From Ginglymostoma cirratum (Eukaryota), in the NCBI GenBank assembly GCA_024137785.1, contig JAHRHZ010000084.1:6969573-7033572 (forward strand): a DNA stretch of 64,000 nucleotides. The letters are read 5' to 3'. Each line of letters begins with the position of its first letter. The stretch's first letter is position 1. This document shows, one piece after another, positions 50,150 through 61,600 of the stretch. Below the pieces are notes generated by a model, which made no database searches, was not told the origin of the DNA, and saw only the letters and a list, made by a program, of their open reading frames with translations. A program made the position numbers and the translations under genes.

Positions 50150-53100
50150 AGACAGCAGTATGCTCTAAATGAGTGGCTTCATCAAATATAATTACAGGAA
50201 ATAAAATAATAGAAAATGAATCATAACAGGTAGGATTACAAGTTGATGAATGTGTTGCTGGAGGCATTCGTGATGGAGGTAGGCTGGAGGAGAGCATCAT
50301 TTTGCCATAAGCTATCAGACCCTCAAGAGTCATCCTCATAATGGACAGAGAGCAAGGGACCAGAAAGAGCAATTTATGATGTCTGAAGCAAGAACCACAC
50401 TGCAATGTCATATGCAACTGGTAAAGGTCAATGAATGCATCTTTACATGAAGTCTATCTACATACTCACTCCGCCAACTGCCATTCATTGTGCTCAATTC
50501 ACCAGCTGTACTTCTTGAAACTCACAAATTTGTGCCTAACATTCAGATACTCCACTAACATCATATAACTATTAATGTTGCCAGCCTCACACCATGGTCA
50601 CATGCCATCAGTTATTTTTTTCACAGCGTCCACATCACACCGTTTTGTGTATTCACTGTTATTCTGACTTCTTTCAGAAAAGACATAGCACACAATGTAA
50701 AAAACTAGAGCTGTAAGGAATGAGATCACTTGCATCTCAGACCCTAAGAAGTATGTAGCATTCCATATCATGGTTCTGTCTCTTACGGGGGCCCATCATT
50801 AAGAATCCTGAGAATATTAAGGATGTTTGTATGTTTCGGCCTTACTCCTGTTATCAATGCCCAGAACATCCATATCCTGCTAATTGATATGATGAGCACA
50901 TTGTCAATTGAGTGACTATCGTTTCTCATTCCAGTTCCCTTCCTTCACAACGACCTTCCTTTTCTGAATTATTGCTTTCACGTACCCAAGCACTGCTAGC
51001 TACACACAGAAAAATAAAGAGTAAAACAGTACAGTACTGATGAGAAGACCAATCCTTTGATATGACAATCGAGGCTGTCAGCACAGTTATTAACACTGCA
51101 CATAACTTGAAATAAGTATGCGTTAAATTTCAGCTTGTAATGAATCATCTGACCATTAATGGGTTTGGATTGCAGCCAGGTTTGACGCAGGATGATTTAT
51201 TTGCCAGCTCACCAGAGAAAATTTCTGTTACAGAGGTCTCACATACAAACCTTAAGGACTGGACAACCCATCAGCGTGCTAATGGAGAAAGCTGCTTGAT
51301 GCACTGGTTGGCTTTGCAATGAGCATGGCAGAGTCTGCACTAAACATGACAGAAAGCATCATGCACAATTGACCTCCACACAGCTTTGGATCTATTGCCT
51401 TGTCATGAAGCAGACAAAGATGAACCTCCATAACTGTTGATCTAACTCATGTAGAATGGTCAGCTACTCTTCCTCCTTCATCCAACAGGGATGAAGCATC
51501 ACACTCTGGAAGTCTAAGAACTCACAATATATTTAAATTAATTCTGGATTACTCCACACACATTGCAATAGCAGAAAGTCTTCACAAATTCCTTAAATTT
51601 GGCTCTCTAGTTACTTAAGAAATACCAGTAAGGGCACATTCGTACAGGTTAATGTCTGGTAGCTTGCAAAGTCGTGCAAAAATTCACTGCCTCAATCTTT
51701 GGGATTCAAATGAGCATTAGGCTTTCTAATGCCAACCATTCAGTGTCACCTGAAATCACCAGAGTGGGCATCCTTCTCAAGAGGGTGCATAATGTCTAAA
51801 GTAGGATAAAGGGCAGATCCCTTCAGCAAACTGGCATTAGGTGGTTTAGTCTATTGATTCCAACTTCAGCCAAATGTTGAATGCACAATTAGGATCCAAC
51901 TTATGTCTTCAAGTGTACATTCCATTAATTTAATGATTTATGCTGTTCAAAAACTTGAGAGTATCCCAGGGAACCTGAGATTGATATTGATTAAAGTTTA
52001 CCCAATTTATGACGGGTGGGGTTGGGAATAATCTATGAAGAGTTTTTTTTATTTTTTTATTTCAACATCAGCAGGCTGTTGAAGTGTACCTGGGAGAGAA
52101 GAAACCACCAGATGTATAATAGGGACCATTATCAACTTCCACTCAAAAGAGTGGCAAAGATCTTTAGGCCTAGACCTCATTTGTATGCCAGTAGAGGGAT
52201 ACAAATCGTATGGCTCGTCAATTACACAAGGATCGGAAATCCATTGGCTCCTATGTTGAGCAGTTGCAGCACAGGAAGAGCTGGAAAAAGTGTTGGGCAG
52301 GATGTTGCAGTCAATGGTTATCACATAGCCTACCAAGTCCAGAAATGTTTGGGCATGGAAAGTGCAAAACCACTCTTCCTGGGCTCACAAAAACTTAAAG
52401 TTTGTTTCATCACACATTCAGTGACATCCAATAGATAATTAAAGGCTGCTCAATAGATAGCATTAACATTGTTGGAATGGGACCAACAATACCCACTTAA
52501 TGGCATCTCAAAATTATAATTGGGATTCTCAGATCAGCAAAAGAACTTATTTTGCGACTTTAAGAAACCTCAAATTAAAATAGACAGGATGCTCACCCAT
52601 TTACAAACGCATCTGTAAGTCATACCAGGTGACTCATACATTCACTCAAAGACAAAGCACTTTTATAATAACACAGGCAGCATTAATGTTAGAATTTGAA
52701 AATTATGCAAGTAACAACTCAGGGCTTTCAAGAAGGCAGTTGAATGAGAAACTATGGGGTAAAGGTTACAGCTCTCCCTCATGGAGTTTGCAGGATGAGG
52801 TGTACATAGAATTCCGACGATAGTTGGTCACACCTTGCTATCCAAGCAACTCTGTCAGTAATCTCAGATACGGGTAAAGCTTATGTTTGCCCCACTTCCC
52901 TTTCCACAACTGAGGCCCTTAAGTTATCAACTGATGACCATTTAGGGCCATTTTTCCTAAGTTCAATTTTTAGGCTGGCAGGTGGTGATAAAGGGAGTGG
53001 GGATGTACACATTCTGTTCAGTTCATGGGTGGGATATGCCTTGCACCTCTCCCAATGGCTTCCTTTCCACAACTGGTATTGACCTCACAAACAACTTATG

Positions 53101-53900
53101 TCCAGCACGTCTGTTTCCTCCAAATCTCCGGGTTTCTCATTCAAGACCTGCATCCATCTCTCCGCACCCCCATGTGTATCAGGGTGATCAACTATCCTAT
53201 ATTTTGAAGGAAGTGTCCTTGATCCTACACCCCTCAAGAATGTCTTCTTCTCTTTTATTTCAATGGCAGTCTGTGGGACTCTGTGATTCTCCTCTTACCT
53301 TTGTTTCTTCGAAATATAGTCACCATAAAAACATCACCCTCTGTGCCCTTACATTTACCAGAAAACCCTTGCCCCCTGCCTATGGTCAAAGAGGGTTTGG
53401 CTTTATTTCAGAATAGTTAGTTGTCAATGACACCACATTTATCTGCTCCTGACACTATTGCTAATGGAGTTGCAAGGACTACAGAGTTGCCAGTCATGGA
53501 GTTCGTCTCAAGTGAAGTGTGGACTTCCCTCACCAACGAATTAATGCTATTTGGAACATTAAATATCTGTAGGGCGACCCATTTCAGCAAAGTGCATGCC
53601 CTGCAGATTCTTCAGGAGACAGGTCAAGAAAGTTCCTACCATCAGAATAATCTTGCCCTATGGTCTTTGCACGTGACAATATATCTAACTAAATCATAAA
53701 TCAGGTAATGAGGTGGAATTTAGGTAGAAAAGGAAACTTCCACATGCAAATCAGTGGTTTGATCTCCATAAGCTATTGTCACGTCAAATCTATTGTGGCA
53801 TTTCCAAGCTCCAGAATAAAAAAAAAATCGGATTCTGCTGCCAATCACAATAGACTGACCCAACTTGAGAAGGTGCACAGCCATTTACATCTGCTTTGAT
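50150..53900. mobile_element. Possible very old PIF/Harbinger-type DNA transposon remnant
   Basis: Only faint motif remnants: EKxAHN-like at about 50675 on plus; LTDAF (about 52600), MCDETN (about 52410) and LRFPG (about 51975) on minus. Not verifiable by eye. Confidence 0.25.
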
Positions 53901-55533
53901 GCCACTCTTGAAACCATAGGCTCAGGGAAGAAAATTCCATCACTCAGGTAAAGGAGTAATCACGATAATCGAATGCCTACTTTCCTTTTCTGTGGAATGC
54001 GATGGAACAAAGAGTAATGGGTTATAAATTTGCACTGAAAGTAGGCTTTTGTGAAGTATGTTTCATAGGTGAAAGTGGCTTGCCTTTTTTGCATAAATTA
54101 TAGGTCAATTAATTGCTCATTAATTTTGGTTCAAAATCCCAAAATAAGAAAGCCTCTGAGGGACAAATTAATGCAACCAAAATGCTGGTTATGAATTCTT
54201 GTAAATAAAAGCAAATTATTGTGGATACTGGAAATCTGAAATAAAAACAAGGTGCTGGAGAAACTCAGCAGGTCCATCTGCATCTGTGTGGAGAGATACA
54301 GAGTTGATGTTGAGCCGGAATGACTGCTCTTTTGGAGAAGAATTATGGGGAGGTTGAAATCTTAACTCCATTTCCCACACAGATCACTGTCAAACCTGCT
54401 GAGTTTCTCCAGTACCTTGTTTTTATTTGCAAATTCCTGGACCATATTTCAACATTTACACATTTTTGAAACAAAGTTTATTATATTTTTATTATATTTT
54501 AACACAATTACCATAACAGTATCAAGAAAAGTTATGTATTTGGAATACAATTGATTAAAGCAAATTATATTATGTCGATGGCAAGAGTATAATTAACTTA
54601 TTAATGACATATTTACCAGAATATAAAAATAACATACATAGCAGAGAAAATTTATGATACCAAAGGAGAACATTTAATCCATCTTGACTGTGCCAATCAA
54701 CAAGAAGCTACTCAGCCCATCCCACCTTCCTGTATATGATTGCTAGCCTTGTAGGTCACAGTTCTTCAAACATGTATCCAAATACTTGTCAAATGTGTAA
54801 TTTGCTGTCTCAAACACGAAGTTAAATTCATGCAGTCTGCACGTTGACCCCTTTGCTGAGGTGAACAGATTGTAAAACATTATTTTTCCTGCGCTTTTTA
54901 TAATTATATACATTACTTAGTATGTTATCCGCAACAATGATTGCAATTTTTAAATTAGTATAATGGTATATTATGATTTAACATAACAATGTAAGCACTT
55001 GCACCATGAAGATTTGGAATACAATAAAATATGTATACTTGGTGACAGAAATCAATGGTCGAATTTGGTAAAAATTGATCACTGGAACTGGACCCTGCTC
55101 ACTAAGAATAAAGAGTAGAGAATTCTGGACAGGGATGTGAATAAACTGAAATTCAACAAAGTGTATTGACTGGGGCACTGAAATGTTGTGCAATGTATGT
55201 CTGAAAATGTGACAGAAAAATGTGAACACTCAATGAAGACATTAGCCAAATTACCAAAACTGATCAGAGATAAGGGTATTATCAATTTGGAGATAATTCA
55301 TGGAAGAAAAGTAACGTTTAGTGAATTAACAAATACGGTTAAAAACAGTAATTGTACGACATTGCAACTCCCTGAATTATCTCAAAAATCGCTGATGAAC
55401 ATATTCTGTCCAAAACAGTATAGATGTTCTCCAACGAGAACCCACGGTTGTTATAAAAACAAACTTCAGATTGCTTCATCAATCATTAAGGACACTCAGA
55501 GTCCCTCTCCTTCTTATGTTGTTTCTTGCACTT

Positions 55534-55688
55534 TTATGCAGTTTCATTAACATTTGGTCCAGTGCTTGGGTTCACAGCTGGCGTTGGATTATTATCATTT
55601 CTTAATCCTTGTTCTTTCCATTTTGGATTCATTGGTATTGGCTCAGAGCATCGAACACATAGCCTTGTTTGAATACTGTCTTTAGGAG
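55534..55688 (-). CDS. Gene B probable terminal cytoplasmic exon APKDSIQTRLCVRCSEPIPMNPKWKEQGLRNDNNPTPAVNPSTGPNVNETA*
   Basis: Strong acceptor gttgtttttcttatag|CT in phase 1; hydrophilic open frame in non-repetitive sequence. Confidence 0.6.
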
Positions 55689-58600
55689 CTATAAGAAAAA
55701 CAACATTAAATATAACAGAGCAGTATATCTGGAACACATTTGATGTGCTGACAACTTTATTACCTGGAATGGTATTGGAAAGTGTTGGTCAAGATGTGGT
55801 ATTTGTTTTGTCAAATTAATGAATGGGACCATTTTCTAAATTAAGTCATCATAACTTTCACCATATCCCAAAATACTCCACATCCTGTGAAATACTTTTG
55901 CAAGAGCAGTCACCATTGTAAGATTACATATAACTTGCCAACAGAATTGCCTTTTGAACCAACAATAAGATGATGATCAACTAATCTCCTGGAACATTAT
56001 TTCAATCTGATATTCTACATCAATTCATGGTGAACGTTAATTCCGATAATTATGACTTCGTGACTTTTATTCACATGCTGTATCACAGTTAACTAGGAAG
56101 ATTCTGGATGCATAATCTAGACAAATGTCATTGTGAGCAAGTGCTGCAATGTCTGGTGTAACATCATTGGTTCGTATGTTAAAGAAGTCCATCTGCTCTA
56201 TAAGATCCATATAAAAGATCCCAAACCACAATTTCGAAAACAGCAAAATGTTCTTACATAACATATTACAAAACAGTAAATCTAGCCTATGCATAGTTTC
56301 AAACAAAAGCAAAACACCATGGATGCTGGCAACTCTGAAATGTAAACAAAAAGTGCCAAAGAAACTCCAAAGTTCTGGCAGCATCTGTGGAGAGAGAAAC
56401 ATAGCCAAGGTTTTAACTGTAATACGACTCTCCTTCAGAACTCCAAAAGAGTTATACTGGAATTAAAACATTTAACTCTATTTCTCTCTCCACAGAAGAT
56501 GTCAGACCTGATGAGTTTCTGCAGCACTTTGTTTTTATGCATATATTATGAATGCATACATTAACCTACCCAAACCAGATATCAATACATTTAATCCACA
56601 AAAGGAAGGGTCACTTGCCTTTTAACAGATGTAACATTCATGGACCAGTTAGTGGCAAGTAACAGTCATATTACACAAATCCAAGCAATGACCAACTCCA
56701 ATAATGTGGATGTGCTGGTGTTGGACTGGGGTGGACAAGGTCAATAATCACACTCCATCAGATTATAGTTCAACAGATTTATTTGAAATCACAAGCTTTT
56801 GGAGCGCTGTTCCTTCATCAGGTGAAGGCATTAGCATTAGTTAATGTTCCACTGTTAACAACCTAGAAGTTAATATTGACCAGAAGTTGAACTTCACCAG
56901 CCATGTAAGTAATATAGCTAGAAAAGGAGGTCAGAGGCTTAGAAGTCTGCAGCAAGGAACTCATCTCCTGACTCCCCGAAACATGTCTACTGTCTGCACA
57001 TCACAATTCAGGAGTGTGACAGAATACCCTCAGCTTGTCTGAATATGTATCAGAGATAAAAGGTACTGCAGGTGCTGGAGAATCCGAGATAACAAGCATG
57101 GGGCTGGATGAACACAGCAGGTCAAGCAGCATCATAGGAGCAGGAAAACTTGACGTTTCGGGCCTAAACCCTTCATCAGAAAATCAGATTTTCTGATGNN
57201 NNNNNNNNNNNNNNNNNNNNNNNNNNNNNNNNNNNNNNNNNNNNNNNNNNNNNNNNNNNNNNNNNNNNNNNNNNNNNNNNNNNNNNNNNNNNNNNNNNNN
57301 NNNNNNNNNNNNNNNNNNNNNNNNNNNNNNNNNNNNNNNNNNNNNNNNNNNNNNNNNNNNNNNNNNNNNNNNNNNNNNNNNNNNNNNNNNNNNNNNNNNN
57401 NNNNNNNNNNNNNNNNNNNNNNNNNNNNNNNNNNNNNNNNNNNNNNNNNNNNNNNNNNNNNNNNNNNNNNNNNNNNNNNNNNNNNNNNNNNNNNNNNNNN
57501 NNNNNNNNNNNNNNNNNNNNNNNNNNNNNNNNNNNNNNNNNNNNNNNNNNNNNNNNNNNNNNNNNNNNNNNNNNNNNNNNNNNNNNNNNNNNNNNNNNAA
57601 CCCTTCATCAGAAAATCAGATTTTCTGATGAAGGGTTTAGGCCCGAAACGTCAAGTTTTCCTGCTCCTATGATGCTGCTTGACCTGCTGTGTTCATCCAG
57701 CCCCATGCTTGTTGTCTGAATATGTGTTGCTGCATTTTCACTCATGAAACTTTATACACTCCAGGACAAATAATCCGATTTCAGTGACCCATTCAGCAAA
57801 TTGAAACTTCACTCCCCACAACATCGATAATCTGTGCACCATAAAGTGGAAGCAGCAGTGACAGAATATGAAAGATACAGTCAGTAGCTCAACAACACCA
57901 TCCAAACCTGCAACTTCTATGCTCTATTAGGACAAGGTAACAGAACTTTGAGAACACCACCTGGAAGTCCCCTCCACGCCATCCTGTCTTGGAAGTATAT
58001 AATCGTACCTTCACTGTCACTAAGTCGACATCCTGGAACTCCTTTTCGAAAAGGAGTAATGCGCCGATATCAACTAGATTGCAGCAATTCAAAATTGTGG
58101 CATACTACCAGTTTATCATGAGCAAAAAGGGACAGACTGCAAATGCTGGCCTTATTAGTGATGTCACATGGAAGAATAAAAATGCTGACGTCAATTTAAA
58201 AAGAACCAATTATTTTAAAAAAAGCCTCCTTTTTGCTGCTCACGTATATTTAAAGCATTAAGATTTCTACGAACATGAATCAAGGATATGCTAGCTGATA
58301 TTCTTTAAGTTCTCCATACAACTACTACTATCATATCATGGGGCAAATTTGTATTGTGATGTCTAGCTTGGTTATAAATTCAATGGTCTCCAGAAATCCC
58401 AGATAGTGAAAAGACCTTAGTGAGCAGGTTGATATAATATGCTCCATTGCACAGAATGCATGGAAAGAACTACACTTCAGGTCACTCATGGCAGGCTGAT
58501 ACAGAAGGTAAAGTCGCACAGAGTCAGATGTGAGCTTGGAAGATGGATATAAACAAACTGGCCAGGTCACACAAGACAGAGGGTAGCTGTGGAAGGGCGC

Positions 58601-61600
58601 ATTTCTGAATGGAGGGCTGCGACTGGTGGCAAGCCTCAGGGATCAGTTTTGGGACCTTTGCTATTTGTAATATATATATATAGATGATTTGGAGGAAAAT
58701 GTAACTGGTTTGATAAGTAATTTTGCGGATGACATAACAGTTGGTGGATTTGTGGATAGTGAAGAGGACCACCAGAGGATACAGCAGGATATAGATCGGT
58801 TGGTGACTGGAGCAGAGATATGGTAAATGGAGTTTAATCTGGAAAAATGTGAGGTAATGCGTTTTGGAAGGCCAGTCCAGGTGGAAAATATACAGTAAAT
58901 GGCAGAACCCTTAACAGTACTGATAGGCAGAGCGATCTGTGTATACAGGTACACAGGTGGCAAGGCATGTGGAGAAGGTAGTCTTCATCAGCCAGGGCAT
59001 TGAGTTTAAAAATTGGCAGGTAATATTGCAGCTTGATAGAAGCTTAGTTAGGCAGCAATTATGCCACCAATTTTGATGTTGTTCTGCAACCATGCCTTCT
59101 ATTATTTCATCCAAATCATTTGCATAAATAACAAACAAAAGAAGACCCAGAACAGATCCTTGATCACTGCTGGTGACAGGCCGCCAGTCCAAAAAAAAAC
59201 CCTCCACCACCACTATCTACCTCCTGTTGTTAAGCAAATTATGAATCCAATTGGCAATCTCACTGTGACTGTCACGTGACCGAACTTTCCTGATTAGTCT
59301 ACCATTTAGAAGCTTGTTGAAGGCTTTACTCAAGTTGAAATTGACAACATCTACTGCTCTACCTTCATCAATCTTTTTAGTAACTTCCTCAAAAAACTCA
59401 ATCAAGTTTGTAAGACATGATTTTCCTTGCACAAAACCATGCTGACTATCGCTAATCAACTTTTGCCTCTCTAAATGTCCATCAATCCCATCTTTTAAAA
59501 TCACCCCTCACAATTTACCCACAACCAAAATCAGATTCACAGGTCTATAGTTCGCTGGTTTCTCCTTACAACCTTAGTTAAACAGAGGTATAACATTAGC
59601 CAGCCTCCAATCATCTGGACCTCACCTATAGTTACAGGCGATGCAAATATTTCTGCAAGGGGTTTCACAATTTCCTCCCTTATGCCCCACAATATTCTGG
59701 GATACATTAGATTAGGTCTTAGAGATTTATCCATCTTTAATATTCTCTAAAACCTCCAGAACATCCTCTTCTGTAATGTGAACTTCTAAATTTATCTCCC
59801 TGCCTTCTTTAGCTTCAGTTTCTTTCTCCACAGTAACACCTTTCAACATGTTGCCATTGTGTATTTGCATTACCCATTGATGTTAAATCGAGAACTTCAA
59901 CATTAATGGAACTAGATGGCTACCATACCTTGACGTTTACAACATTTACAACACATGACCAGTGCCATAATAATCAGAAGTAGTGAAGATACTGCTACAC
60001 AGATGTAGATCCAACAAGAAAAAGATTCGCTGAAACCAGAATCTGCGAGAAACACACAAATATCAAAAAGGTATTTAAATTTGTTTTCCTTCTAATGATA
60101 TATTAGAATAACAGACGGTTACTTAACTCTAAGATCCTAGGTTATTCTGATGGCACGTTACAGATGATACTGTGAAGTTAAGTTGGCTGTACAATAACAG
60201 CATGGTGGGCTTCACATCCAACATTCCAAAGTGGGCCATAACAGTACTTCAAACGTATAAAATTACTCAATACGTACCTTAGGTGGGGGTTGGAACATTT
60301 GAACGCAGTTCCTAATTGGTGTAGGCCAAAACTATCTACAGTTTGGTTCAGAATAGCAATAGGTTTCTAATATCAATTGAACAATCTATAAGAATAGAAG
60401 TAAAAAATTGGTGAATAGAATACTTTAATGATGGTGTTCCTCGACAGATGGAGGTAAGAATATTAAACACTGCATCTTATCCATGTCATATTTGACTTGG
60501 ATATATTTTATGCTCAAAAAGAAAAAAAGTTCTTCTCCAGAGCAATCATCTTTGTTCAGCGAGAATAAAATACCTTCAAAAATGGAACGTGCAAAAATAT
60601 TTGTATGATTAAAAAATAATACTGCTGGAAAATTGCATTTGCTATAAGCTAGCAAAAAAAAAATTATAATTTGTTTGTGAATACTTTTGCTCTCACTTCC
60701 AACGAAATTGCAAATATGTCAGCAGAGAACACAAGTACAGCTTCACTAGACGTTCTGAACAGAACAAATCTTGGAAATCTGATTTGTCACTTGAAATGTT
60801 ACTACAATGTGTTTCAGTCCAGCAGTAAATTTTCTTAACACATACTAGAGGAGTCAAATGTTACATTATTAATTATTTAAATAGAAAGCACATGATTAAT
60901 TTGGATCCATCATAATCTTTTTGCCCCATTTATCCTGCTGAATGAATTGACATATGTTATCTGTTACAACCTTGGGATTTTGAAAGTGCTTTACAGCTAG
61001 TTAAAACATTGAAACGTGCAGCCAATTTTTACACAGTAAAGGGCATAGTGGACAACTGAGCTCGGGCTAATTACACTGAAATATGAATTTTCATTCCACC
61101 ACAGCTAGAGAATTTTCATTCAATTAACTAATTAAACATAAAAATGACAACGTGGAGTAACTTCTGGATTGTCATAAAACCCCTGCTGGTTCACCGAAAC
61201 ATTTCAGAAAAGGAAATTCACCAATGTTTCCCAGTCTGCCAATATGTACACCTAGATTAATGTAGCTCATTCTTATCCTTCCAGTGTACCACGGGTAATT
61301 TGAAATAAGTATGGTCAGTGATATTCACATACTGTGAATGAAAAGCATGGTGACGCTTTGGCTCATTGTGTTCACCCCTCCAACTGTTGACTTTTGATCA
61401 CCACACACTGTCAGATCTGCCTAGAACTGCAGACCTTTCAGCCTTACATCTGTAGTTCGGGAAATGCTAGAATCAGAAAGTACATGATAAATGGACATTA
61501 AATAAAAATTCTCCGCTTGGTCGCAGTCACCATGGACAAATTTGTTGATTTTCTTTTTCTGAGAATGCTGGTAGCAAAATTGATAAAGGGGGAGTCAATG

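Larger units (their letters stand above)
57049..57711. mobile_element. Young short Penelope-derived fold-back element with perfect 14-bp TSD, spanning a gap
   Basis: Arms are perfect reverse complements; TSD ttgtctgaatatgt at 57035-57048 and 57712-57725. Confidence 0.9.

Noticed and set aside
57132-57672. Two 158-aa ORFs in the track
   Set aside because: Artefacts of the N run and the palindromic flanks.
60278-60385. 108-nt minus segment with good acceptor and donor as candidate gene B TM exon
   Set aside because: Stops in all three frames; the real TM exon is at 59929-60042.
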